A stretch of 64,000 nt of DNA from Klebsiella pneumoniae. GTDB taxonomy: Bacteria; Pseudomonadota; Gammaproteobacteria; Pseudomonadales; Pseudohongiellaceae. The notes under the pieces were generated by a model. The model searched no databases, had not been told where the DNA came from, and saw nothing but the letters and a program-made list of their open reading frames with translations. Shown here in pieces: positions 56,081 through 64,000 of this stretch (its first letter is position 1; every line of letters starts with the position of its first letter). The translations under genes were made by a program, and so were the position numbers. The stretch spans positions 18,734 to 82,733 of the forward strand of contig CAMCRC010000001.1 in NCBI GenBank assembly GCA_945877175.1. The letters run 5' to 3'.

Positions 56081-56803
56081 ATGCTGGTGCTTCTTAGCAT
56101 GCTTGCCGCGGGAGTTCTTCTGCTATCGACCATTGTGTTGCTGCATAAAATGCAGCATCGCCAGAAGGTGGACTCTGTAGATCGGGCAATTCCATTGCCT
56201 CCGCTCGACTTGAACGACAGGAAACGCATCCTTGCAATAGTGGATTCGGCCGATACGGCGCTCCACAAAGCTCAGACTGTCAGGCAGGCAGGGAAAGGCT
56301 ACTTGATCGAAATACTGGCCTGCGACAACGGAGACAGTCCAGCGCTGCCTGATTGGCAGGCTCGAAGCAAATTTCATGCAGAGAGAAACGACTATGCCCG
56401 AGCCTTGATGAACTGTGCCCGGGCGTTTCCGCTGATGGGCGCCTTCCGTCAGGCTGCTACGCTCCTGCGCGGCAGAATCCGCGCTCTTCGCAGCTCGGGA
56501 GAACCTTGGGAGCGAAACCTCGATTTGTTGTATCGAATAGCAGTTTGGGCAGACTTGCTGCACGGAAAATGGGAAGGCCACGTGCCACCCTCTTCTGTAA
56601 AGCTCAAGTCACTGGACATATTGAAGCTTGACGATATTCCTGTTGATTACGCGAAACTCGGATACAAACAACTGGCGCTTCTTGGGGCGACAGACTGGAA
56701 ACTGCTTGCAGAGAGCTGGGGCGAGCCACTGAAGCACCGGCATGCACGCGAACTGCATGGTGACGCACTGCAAGCTTTGCTGAACCAATCAGGAAATCAT
56801 TAG
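56081..56803 (+). CDS. Hypothetical membrane-anchored protein (one N-terminal TM helix), no family recognised
   Basis: 240 aa with an AGGAG RBS 8 nt upstream. The N-terminus (MLVLLSMLAAGVLLLSTIVLL) is hydrophobic and the rest is a helical soluble domain. I recognise no motif. Confidence 0.6.
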   Translation: MLVLLSMLAAGVLLLSTIVLLHKMQHRQKVDSVDRAIPLPPLDLNDRKRILAIVDSADTALHKAQTVRQAGKGYLIEILACDNGDSPALPDWQARSKFHAERNDYARALMNCARAFPLMGAFRQAATLLRGRIRALRSSGEPWERNLDLLYRIAVWADLLHGKWEGHVPPSSVKLKSLDILKLDDIPVDYAKLGYKQLALLGATDWKLLAESWGEPLKHRHARELHGDALQALLNQSGNH

Positions 56804-56810
56804 GATCACA

Positions 56811-57476
56811 ATGAGCACTCTTCACGAAACACACGCACGCGTCATGTTGACCCTACAATCCCGCATGAACGACAAAGTAGATTCACAATGGCTCGAGAAG
56901 AAATTTCCTTATCTCAGAGCGGTTGTAGTCGAAGCCGCGGAGGCCATAGAACATCATGGATGGAAATGGTGGAAGAAGCAGGACCGGGACTTGCCACAGT
57001 TGCAGATGGAGATAATCGACATCTGGCACTTCATACTCTCAGACATTTTGTTGAGAACTGAAGGCAATCACCAACTTGCAGTAGAATTCTTAAGCGCAGC
57101 GAATGAGCAGGGAACATCAACTTACAAAGTGAATTTCGACAAGCAAGACTATGTGCTCGAGTCCATGAGTCTTCTGGGAAAACTTGAGCTTCTTATTGGA
57201 ATTTCGACAGCGCGGCGCCTGGAACTGCTCCTGTTCCGCTCTATCATGCTCGATTGCGATCTGAGCTGGAACTCACTTTACAAACAATATGTCAGCAAGA
57301 ATGTCCTCAACATGTTCCGACAGGAGCATGGATACAAGGAAGGCTTCTATCAGAAATTATGGCAAGGGCGTGAAGACAACGAACATCTGGTGGAGCTCAT
57401 GGACTGTCTGGACACGGAAAGCGCCGAGTATCCCGAGCTGTTGTACCAAGGGCTGCTCTCGCGCTATCCGGGCTGA
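56811..57476 (+). CDS. Dimeric (all-alpha) dUTPase-like NTP pyrophosphohydrolase (dUTPase_2 / MazG-like superfamily)
   Basis: It has the acidic metal-binding helices AVVVEAAEAIEHHGWKWWKK and EIIDIWHFILS, plus NVLNMFRQEHGYKEGFYQKLW. As I recall them, these resemble the dimeric dUTPase family. It starts 7 nt after the upstream gene. Confidence 0.6.
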   Translation: MSTLHETHARVMLTLQSRMNDKVDSQWLEKKFPYLRAVVVEAAEAIEHHGWKWWKKQDRDLPQLQMEIIDIWHFILSDILLRTEGNHQLAVEFLSAANEQGTSTYKVNFDKQDYVLESMSLLGKLELLIGISTARRLELLLFRSIMLDCDLSWNSLYKQYVSKNVLNMFRQEHGYKEGFYQKLWQGREDNEHLVELMDCLDTESAEYPELLYQGLLSRYPG

Positions 57477-57484
57477 ACCGATGC

Positions 57485-58066
57485 TCACTTGAAGTAGGCG
57501 TTGTCCCGCTTGGTGTGGTCCGTGATATCGCGCACTTCTGTAAGCTTGGGAACCTGCTCCAAGAGCGTCTTTTCAACACCTTCCTTCAACGTCAGATCCA
57601 CCATGCCGCAGCCCTGGCACCCGCCGCCGAACTTGAGCACCGCGACAGTGCCTTCAAAGATCTCTTCCAAAGTCACCACGCCACCATGCGCGGCAAGCGA
57701 GGGGTTGATTTCGTTGTAAAGGACGTAATTGACGCGGTCTTCAATAGGGCTGTCATCTTGAATTTGCGGAAGCCGGGAATTAGGCGCTTTGATGGTTAAC
57801 TGCCCGCCCATTGCATCTTTGGAGTAGTCCACAACGGCGTCTTTCAGATAGGGAATGCTGCGCTGCTCGATGTAGGTGTTGAATTCACTGTAGGTCCGCA
57901 ACTCGTCAGACTCCTGGTTTTCACCTGGACGGCAGAATGAAATGCAGGTCTCTGCCTTTGGAGTGCCCGCATCGAGGATGAAGACGCGAACTGCAATTCC
58001 TTCACAATCCTGTTTGCGCAGCAGTTCGGACAAGTATTCCTGTGCAGATTCAGTGATGTTGATCAT
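57485..58066 (-). CDS. nfuA: Fe-S cluster biogenesis/carrier protein NfuA
   Basis: It has a degenerate A-type N-domain (MINITESAQEYLSELL...) and an Nfu C-domain with CQGCG. I prefer the ATG at 58066. Confidence 0.9.
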   Translation of the reverse strand: MINITESAQEYLSELLRKQDCEGIAVRVFILDAGTPKAETCISFCRPGENQESDELRTYSEFNTYIEQRSIPYLKDAVVDYSKDAMGGQLTIKAPNSRLPQIQDDSPIEDRVNYVLYNEINPSLAAHGGVVTLEEIFEGTVAVLKFGGGCQGCGMVDLTLKEGVEKTLLEQVPKLTEVRDITDHTKRDNAYFK

Positions 58067-58129
58067 GGGGTATCCTGCTTGATCCATTCAAATTGGGCGC
58101 GAGTTTACGCTAAGTTGGCCGCAATATAA

Positions 58130-58154
58130 ATAGCCGACTAATTTGCTTGGGTAT
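58130..58154. promoter_or_regulatory. Candidate IscR Type-1 binding site upstream of nfuA
   Basis: ATAGCCGACTAATTTGCTTGGGTAT matches 22 of 25 positions of the E. coli Type-1 IscR consensus ATASYYGACTRwwwYAGTCRRSTAT, as I recall it. It lies 64-88 nt upstream of the nfuA ATG. Confidence 0.5.
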
Positions 58155-58284
58155 TGCGTGTGCCTGCGCGCTAGAATGCTCCGACCGCAACATGCTGCAC
58201 TGGATGACTTCTGATAAACTGCGCGCCTTTTCTTCTGCAACTGCCCGATCGCCTGACTTCATTTCGATCGAAACATGAGAGCTC

Positions 58285-61200
58285 ATGATGCCAAACGTTC
58301 TTCCCGAACAGCGCCTTCTTAACGCCTTGCAACGTCGGATTCTGGTACTGGATGGCGCTATGGGCACCATGATTCAGGCCCACAAACTGACCGAAGCAGA
58401 CTTTCGCGGAGAGCGCTTCGCGGATTGCGAGCAGTTTCTTGCCGGCAACAATGACTTGCTGACATTGACGCGCCCGGATGTGATTGGCCAGATCCATCGC
58501 GAATATCTGCTTGCCGGCGCCGACATCATTGAAACCAATACCTTCAATTCCACGGCGGTATCACAAGCGGATTACCACTTGCAGGCACTTGCTTATGAGC
58601 TGAATTACGAAGCTGCCCGCCTCGCCAGAAGCATATGTGATGAAGTGGAACAGCAGACACCAGACAAACCGCGTTTTGTTGCAGGCGTCATCGGCCCGAC
58701 CAGCCGCACAGCGTCAATCTCGCCTGATGTGAATGACCCCGCATTTCGCAATGTGACTTTCGAGGAGCTGGTTGAAAACTACCTTGTGAGCGCTGAAGCC
58801 CTGGACAAGGGTGGCGCAGATATTCTGCTGGTTGAAACCATTTTCGATACCCTGAATGCCAAGGCCGCTATCTTTGCCATTCTGGAGTATTTCCAGCGCA
58901 GCAATCGCAAGTTGCCCATCATGATCTCCGGCACGATAACCGACGCCAGCGGACGCACGCTTTCCGGTCAAACGGTCGAAGCTTTCTGGAATTCTGTGGC
59001 CCATGCGAAACCCATTTCGATTGGCTTCAACTGCGCACTGGGAGCAGCGCAGCTACGTCCCCACATTGAAGAGATCTCGCGCCTGGCAGGAACACATGTG
59101 TCAGCCCATCCGAATGCGGGCTTGCCCAATGCGTTTGGTGAGTATGACCAGAGTGCCAAAGAGATGGCAGATATCATCGAGGAATTTGCGAGCAGCGGTT
59201 TCCTCAATATCGTAGGCGGTTGCTGCGGGAGTACGCCTGTGCATATTCGTGCTGTCGCCGATGCAGTCGCGCGCTATAAGCCGAGGGCCATTCCAGCAAT
59301 TGCGCCAGCTTGTCGTCTGAGCGGACTGGAGGCCTTCACTATCAATGCCAGCTCATTGTTCGTGAATGTCGGGGAACGCACCAACATCACTGGCTCGAAG
59401 CGCTTCGCCCGGCTGATTCGCGAAGGCGATTTCAATACGGCACTCGAGGTGGCGCTGCAGCAAGTGGAGGCCGGTGCGCAGATCATCGACATCAACATGG
59501 ATGAAGGCATGCTGGATTCCAATGCCGCCATGTCACGATTCCTGCGTCTGATCGCATCCGAACCTGACATAAGCCGTGTGCCGATCATGATCGACTCCTC
59601 GAAGTGGGAGATTCTGGAGACTGGTCTCAAATGCATTCAAGGCAAGGGGATCGTCAACTCCATCAGTCTCAAGGAAGGCGAAGAGGACTTCATTGCCAAG
59701 GCCAGGCTGTGCATGCAGTACGGTGCCGCTGTCGTGGTGATGGCCTTTGACGAAACCGGACAGGCCGATACGTTTGCACGCAAGTGTGCCATCTGCAAGC
59801 GCAGCTATGATCTTCTGGTAAACACCGTCGGTTTTGCGCCGCAGGACATCATCTTCGACCCGAACATCTTCGCCGTCGCCACCGGCATCGAAGAGCACAA
59901 CAACTATGCAGTGGACTTCATTCAGAGCTGCGAATACATCAAGCGCGAACTGCCGCACGCCCTGATTTCCGGAGGTGTCAGCAATGTCTCCTTCTCGTTC
60001 CGGGGCAATGAGCCCGTTCGCGAGGCAATTCATTCCGTTTTCCTTTACCACGCGATCAAGGCCGGGCTTAGCATGGGCATTGTCAACGCGGGCCAGCTGG
60101 CGGTATATGACGAGATTCCCGCCGAGTTGAAGGAGCGAGTAGAAGATATCGTCCTTAACCGTCGCCCTGATGGCACTGACAGGCTGATGGAAATCGCAGG
60201 CAGATACAGTGGCGAATCCAGTCTGGAGAGTCATGAAGACGTGCAATGGCGTGACCAGAGTGTGAGTGCCCGGATCGCCCATGCACTGGTGAAAGGCATC
60301 ACTCGTTACATCGAACAGGACACAGAGGAAGCACGGCAACAGCTGGCGGAGCCCATTCAAGTCATCGAAGGTCCGCTCATGGATGGCATGAATGTCGTTG
60401 GGGACCTGTTTGGCAGCGGCAAGATGTTTCTGCCGCAAGTAGTCAAGAGTGCCCGTGTCATGAAGCAGGCCGTCGCTTATCTGCTGCCCTACATCGAAGA
60501 GAGCAAGAAGGGTCAGGTGGTCAAAGCCAAGGGCAAGATCCTGCTGGCGACAGTCAAGGGTGACGTACACGACATTGGCAAGAACATCGTCGGAGTAGTC
60601 CTCGGCTGCAACAATTACGACATCATCGACCTGGGTGTCATGGTGTCCTGCGAGAGAATTCTACAGACAGCCATTGACGAGAAAGTCGACATCATCGGCT
60701 TAAGTGGGCTTATAACGCCCTCTCTCGATGAAATGGTGCATGTTGCCAAGGAGATGCAGCGACTTGGATTCACGATTCCGTTGATCATCGGTGGCGCTAC
60801 AACATCCAAAGCCCATACAGCGGTGAAGATCGAGCAGAACTACCTGAACAACGCCACAGTATATGTGCCTGATGCCTCACGAAGCGTGACGGTCGTCAGC
60901 AGCCTGCTAAGTGAAGAGGGCCAGTTCGAGTTCAAACGACAAATACGTGCGGAATACGATGCCGTAAGGGAGCGCAATGCCAATCGAGATCAGCGCAAAA
61001 GTCTCATCAGTTTTGAAAATGCTACTGCCAACGCATTGAAGCCCGATTGGACCCGCTACAGGCCCGTTGCGCCGTCATTCCTCGGTACACGGGTTTTTGA
61101 CGACTACCCACTGGAAGAACTGGTGCCCTACATCGACTGGACTCCTTTTTTCATTACCTGGAGTCTTGCCGGAAAGTATCCAGCAATTTTGCAGGACGCG

Positions 61201-61977
61201 GTGGTGGGAGAAGCCGCCCGCGATCTGTTCAAGGATGCACAGGCCATGTTGAAGCAGATCATCGACGGCAAATTGCTCAAGGCCCAGGCAGTCGCAGGGT
61301 TCTGGCCTGCCGCACAGCGCAATCACAATGACGTTGTGCTGTATGCGGATGAAACGCGCCAAAGCGAGCTCGCGCGCTTCACGTTCCTGCGCCAACAGGC
61401 GGGCAAGGCGCCGGGGATACCCAATCTCTCGCTTGCTGATTTTGTTGCACCAGAGGAGAGTGCAATCACCGACTACGTTGGCGGATTTGCAGTGACTACT
61501 GGCATCGGCGCTGACGAGCTAGCAAAGCAGTTTGAGCGCGAAAACAATGATTACAATGCGCTGATGGTAAAGGCATTGGCTGATCGTCTTGCAGAAGCCT
61601 TCGCGGAACGACTGCATCAGCGCGTGCGTCGCGAATTCTGGCCGTATGCCTCGAATGAATCACTAAGTGCAGAGGAGCTCATAGAGGAAAAGTATCAAGG
61701 AATCAGGCCGGCACCGGGCTATCCAGCGTGCCCGGAACACTCAGACAAAGTAGCCCTTTTCGAATTGCTTGGCATTGATGGCCGTATCGACATGGCATTG
61801 ACGGAAAGTTTTGCAATGATGCCAGCGGCCAGCGTAAGCGGCTTCTACTTTGCGAATCCCGAGTCACGCTATTTCTCGGTTGGCAAGATCAATGATGATC
61901 AGGTGCAGTCACTTGCCGAACGCAAGGGTCTGAGTATTGAAGAAGTTTCGCGACTTCTGAGCCCGAATCTGGTTTGA
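58285..61977 (+). CDS. metH: Cobalamin-dependent methionine synthase
   Basis: 1230 aa with an Hcy-binding domain ([13 protein letters not shown]), a pterin domain, the B12-binding motif [11 protein letters not shown] (DxHxxG) and an AdoMet activation domain ([12 protein letters not shown]). Confidence 0.97.
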   Translation: MMPNVLPEQRLLNALQRRILVLDGAMGTMIQAHKLTEADFRGERFADCEQFLAGNNDLLTLTRPDVIGQIHREYLLAGADIIETNTFNSTAVSQADYHLQALAYELNYEAARLARSICDEVEQQTPDKPRFVAGVIGPTSRTASISPDVNDPAFRNVTFEELVENYLVSAEALDKGGADILLVETIFDTLNAKAAIFAILEYFQRSNRKLPIMISGTITDASGRTLSGQTVEAFWNSVAHAKPISIGFNCALGAAQLRPHIEEISRLAGTHVSAHPNAGLPNAFGEYDQSAKEMADIIEEFASSGFLNIVGGCCGSTPVHIRAVADAVARYKPRAIPAIAPACRLSGLEAFTINASSLFVNVGERTNITGSKRFARLIREGDFNTALEVALQQVEAGAQIIDINMDEGMLDSNAAMSRFLRLIASEPDISRVPIMIDSSKWEILETGLKCIQGKGIVNSISLKEGEEDFIAKARLCMQYGAAVVVMAFDETGQADTFARKCAICKRSYDLLVNTVGFAPQDIIFDPNIFAVATGIEEHNNYAVDFIQSCEYIKRELPHALISGGVSNVSFSFRGNEPVREAIHSVFLYHAIKAGLSMGIVNAGQLAVYDEIPAELKERVEDIVLNRRPDGTDRLMEIAGRYSGESSLESHEDVQWRDQSVSARIAHALVKGITRYIEQDTEEARQQLAEPIQVIEGPLMDGMNVVGDLFGSGKMFLPQVVKSARVMKQAVAYLLPYIEESKKGQVVKAKGKILLATVKGDVHDIGKNIVGVVLGCNNYDIIDLGVMVSCERILQTAIDEKVDIIGLSGLITPSLDEMVHVAKEMQRLGFTIPLIIGGATTSKAHTAVKIEQNYLNNATVYVPDASRSVTVVSSLLSEEGQFEFKRQIRAEYDAVRERNANRDQRKSLISFENATANALKPDWTRYRPVAPSFLGTRVFDDYPLEELVPYIDWTPFFITWSLAGKYPAILQDAVVGEAARDLFKDAQAMLKQIIDGKLLKAQAVAGFWPAAQRNHNDVVLYADETRQSELARFTFLRQQAGKAPGIPNLSLADFVAPEESAITDYVGGFAVTTGIGADELAKQFERENNDYNALMVKALADRLAEAFAERLHQRVRREFWPYASNESLSAEELIEEKYQGIRPAPGYPACPEHSDKVALFELLGIDGRIDMALTESFAMMPAASVSGFYFANPESRYFSVGKINDDQVQSLAERKGLSIEEVSRLLSPNLV

Positions 61978-62019
61978 CATCTGCCGGCAACGGCGCTTCA
62001 AGGCAACACAGGACTTACA

Positions 62020-62244
62020 ATGCAAGAATCAGATGATCAGGAACAAGCAAGAGAAGCGGTGAAGGTGCCGTTCTGGAGGATGATGCTGAGTGTCATGCAA
62101 GCGAGTTTCGGCGTGCAGAGCAAGAAAAACAAAGAGCGGGATTTTGCTAGCGGAAGTATCAAGGGTTTTGTAATCGCAGCCCTTGTCTTCACCATACTGT
62201 TCGTCATTACAGTGGCAACGGTCGTCAATCTGGTATTGCCATGA
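62020..62244 (+). CDS. DUF2970-like small membrane protein
   Basis: 74 aa containing MLSVMQASFGVQSKKNKERDF followed by one TM helix, which is the typical DUF2970 layout. Confidence 0.65.
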   Translation: MQESDDQEQAREAVKVPFWRMMLSVMQASFGVQSKKNKERDFASGSIKGFVIAALVFTILFVITVATVVNLVLP

Positions 62245-62284
62245 TGCCGCGTGCGCAGCCAAAAACCCTGACTCGGCGACGCAG

Positions 62285-62302
62285 GCTAGGGCTAGGGCTA
62301 GG
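62285..62302. repeat. Tandem hexamer repeat (GCTAGG)x3
   Basis: Read directly from the sequence: gctagg gctagg gctagg, in the intergenic region between the DUF2970 gene and the small minus-strand ORF. Confidence 0.9.
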
Positions 62303-62316
62303 CAGCAATGAGAATG

Positions 62317-62454
62317 TCAACGGCTGGCGTAAAACACAGCCATTGTCACAATGATAAGTACCAGTGAGAACATGGCCAGTGCATCGGCGCTGCTGTTGGC
62401 ATCCATTTCCTGCTGATCAATTTCGGGGGATTCGCTAACGTCGTGATGGCTCAT
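62317..62454 (-). CDS. Possible 45-aa small membrane protein (unannotated short ORF)
   Basis: My translation is MSHHDVSESPEIDQQEMDANSSADALAMFSLVLIIVTMAVFYASR. It has an acidic N-terminus and one TM helix. An AGGA lies 9 nt upstream of the ATG. It is below the ORF-track cutoff. Confidence 0.3.
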   Translation of the reverse strand: MSHHDVSESPEIDQQEMDANSSADALAMFSLVLIIVTMAVFYASR

Positions 62455-62691
62455 GGTCGGATATTCCTGAGAGTTGAGTACTGATAATAGAATCACTGCG
62501 GCATTCTAATGTCTCAACTTTCTTAAGCAAGCGAAAAATCGCGCAAGTTGGGATTTTTTGACGTCGGATTGCCAGTTCAAGTGACGGCATGAACTGGTAC
62601 TTGCTCCGGTCATTCATTACAATTGCTGGCCGCAATTTTTCGGGCCGGAACGTAATTCCAAAGAACCTGGGAAGCACAACACACCTGAATC

Positions 62692-64000
62692 ATGTATCAA
62701 TACGACGAATACGACCACCAGATGCTGGCCGACCGCATTGCCCAGTTTCGCGACCAGACAGCGCGATTCCTGAGCGGCGAACTGGCACCCGCAGAGTTCC
62801 TGCCCCTGCGACTGCAGAACGGCTTGTATGTTCAGCGCCTTGCACCGATGCTGCGAATCGCCATTCCCTATGGCATGTTGTCCAGCAAGCAACTGCGCAA
62901 GCTGGCCTATATTGCCGATCATTTTGACAAAGGCTATGGGCACTTCACAACACGGCAGAATATTCAGTTCAATTGGCCTGCCATTGCTGACGTCCCCGAT
63001 ATTCTTGCGCATCTGGCCGAAGTTGAGATGCATGCAATCCAGACCAGCGGCAACTGCATCCGCAACACAACAACGGACCAGTTCGCGGGTAGTGCTGCCA
63101 ACGAAATCGAGGACAGCCGTCCTTACTGCGAAATCATCCGCCAGTGGTCCACTTTCCATCCGGAATTTGCCTATCTGCCGCGCAAGTTCAAGATTGCAGT
63201 GTGTGGCACCCAAGACGATCAGGCTGCAACGCAAGTGCACGACATCGGCCTGTTCATCGTTCGCAACGATGAAGGTGAAACAGGATTCCGTGTACTGGCC
63301 GGGGGCGGACTTGGACGGACCCCTGTCATCGGCAAGGAAATTCGTGCGTTTCTGCCCAAGCAACACTTGCTGAGTTACCTTGACGCCATCCTGCGTGTGT
63401 ACAACCGGGAAGGAAGACGTGACAACAAGTACAAGGCACGCATCAAGATTCTCGTCAAAGAGACAGGCGTCGAGAACTTCCGTGAGAAAGTAGAAAAGGA
63501 ATGGCGCAAGCTGAAGGACGGCCCACTGACATTGACGGATACGGAGTTTCAACGCTGCAAACGCTTTTTCCACGACCCAGCATACAAGCACTTTGAACCA
63601 CAAAGTCCCGCGCTGGAAAAGGCCTTGAATACCGATGTGCTGTTTTCAAGCTGGTACGAGCAAAACGTCAGTGCCCACAAGAAGCCCGGCTATGGAATAG
63701 TCACTATTTGCCTCAAGAAAACCGGCGTCGCCCCTGGTGATCTGACGAGCGAACAAATGAATTTCGTAGCCGATCTGGCCGAGCGCTTCAGTTTCGGAGA
63801 ACTGCGTGTCAGCCACGAGCAGAATCTGATTCTGGCGGACGTCGAAAAAGATACGCTCCACTCCCTTTGGCGCGCATTGAAGTCGCAAGACTTGCATGCT
63901 CCCAATCTTGGCCTGCTGACAGACATCATTTGCTGCCCCGGCGGCGACTTCTGCTCGCTTGCCAATGCCAAATCAATTCCGATAGCCGAGGCAATCCAGC
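62692..64000 (+). CDS. cysI: Sulfite reductase hemoprotein (nitrite/sulfite reductase family, Pseudomonas CysI type), N-terminal 436 codons; runs off the right edge
   Basis: My translation is MYQYDEYDHQMLADRIAQFRDQTARFLSGELAPAEFLPLRLQNGLYVQR...TTRQNIQFNW...QTSGNCIRN...ICCPGGDFC, which covers the siroheme/4Fe-4S Cys region. An in-frame TGA lies 2 codons upstream of the ATG. It is absent from the ORF track because there is no stop in the window. Track ORF 62617..63603(-) is its antisense shadow. Confidence 0.9.
   Translation, partial: MYQYDEYDHQMLADRIAQFRDQTARFLSGELAPAEFLPLRLQNGLYVQRLAPMLRIAIPYGMLSSKQLRKLAYIADHFDKGYGHFTTRQNIQFNWPAIADVPDILAHLAEVEMHAIQTSGNCIRNTTTDQFAGSAANEIEDSRPYCEIIRQWSTFHPEFAYLPRKFKIAVCGTQDDQAATQVHDIGLFIVRNDEGETGFRVLAGGGLGRTPVIGKEIRAFLPKQHLLSYLDAILRVYNREGRRDNKYKARIKILVKETGVENFREKVEKEWRKLKDGPLTLTDTEFQRCKRFFHDPAYKHFEPQSPALEKALNTDVLFSSWYEQNVSAHKKPGYGIVTICLKKTGVAPGDLTSEQMNFVADLAERFSFGELRVSHEQNLILADVEKDTLHSLWRALKSQDLHAPNLGLLTDIICCPGGDFCSLANAKSIPIAEAIQ

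Noticed and set aside
55739-57476. Whether the hypothetical/dUTPase cassette is a tRNA-Glu-targeted genomic island.
   Set aside because: The tRNA-Glu 3' end, the usual integration site, faces away from the cassette toward yadG. There is no integrase, no direct repeat of the tRNA 3' end that I could see, and no obvious shift in base composition.
58088-58284. A cobalamin, SAM or SAH riboswitch in the metH leader.
   Set aside because: I found no B12-box-like core and no SAH (AGGAGCGC...) or SAM conserved segments. The region is short and shared with the nfuA promoter.
59533-60570. Very long antisense ORFs inside well-supported genes. Examples are 345 aa opposite metH, 328 aa at 62617..63603 opposite cysI, 322 aa at 53830..54798 opposite yadH, 283 aa at 138..989 opposite gor and 267 aa at 3186..3989.
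   Set aside because: Each lies in the codon-aligned mirror frame of a gene with strong family motifs. Their translations are low-complexity (R/H/C/Q-rich), show no recognisable domains and have no RBS. Such ORFs are expected when the sense genes rarely use TTA, CTA and TCA codons. I saw no evidence of overlapping genes.

Overview
This 64 kb window looks like a gammaproteobacterial chromosome (about 50% GC) with Pseudomonas/Cellvibrionales-like gene order, and it is almost entirely core housekeeping genes. About 50 of roughly 60 genes lie on the minus strand. Left to right: gor (partial), alkB plus an LhgO-like flavoenzyme, and a DUF411 metal-binding protein. Next is the conserved block pilZ-holB-tmk-mltG-pabC-fabF-acpP-fabG-fabD-plsX-rpmF-yceD, which has no fabH or maf, followed by rluC, argS and htpG. 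Then comes a six-gene Vibrio TonB2-type energy-transduction operon (DUF3450/TtpB-like, TtpC-like, exbB, exbD, tonB, TPR/TtpD-like). After it sits the TCA supercluster sucD-sucC-lpdA-sucB-sucA-sdhB-sdhA-sdhD-sdhC, divergent from gltA. The remaining genes are tRNA-Ala, gltX, dusA-terB, mlaA, hrpA, fadD, the packed string dnaX-ybaB-recR-rnd-ycgN-membrane protein, SRP (4.5S) RNA, a PQQ-dependent dehydrogenase, tRNA-Ser, yadG-yadH-queF, tRNA-Glu, an uncharacterised membrane protein plus a dimeric-dUTPase-like gene, nfuA, metH, a DUF2970 gene and cysI (partial). I found no integrase, transposase, CRISPR array, toxin-antitoxin pair or recognisable defence genes, and no convincing evidence of a novel multi-gene system. 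The items most worth a second look are small-scale: a dnaX slippery site (A10 run) with stops in both alternate frames; a perfect sigma-32 promoter for htpG interleaved with the upstream operon's terminator; an IscR Type-1-like box upstream of nfuA; tight alkB/LhgO-like coupling; the orphan membrane-protein/dimeric-dUTPase cassette; and genes missing from the ORF track (gor, cysI, rpmF, ffs, 3 tRNAs, a 45-aa ORF). All calls come from reading the sequence and recalling family motifs. No database search was run.
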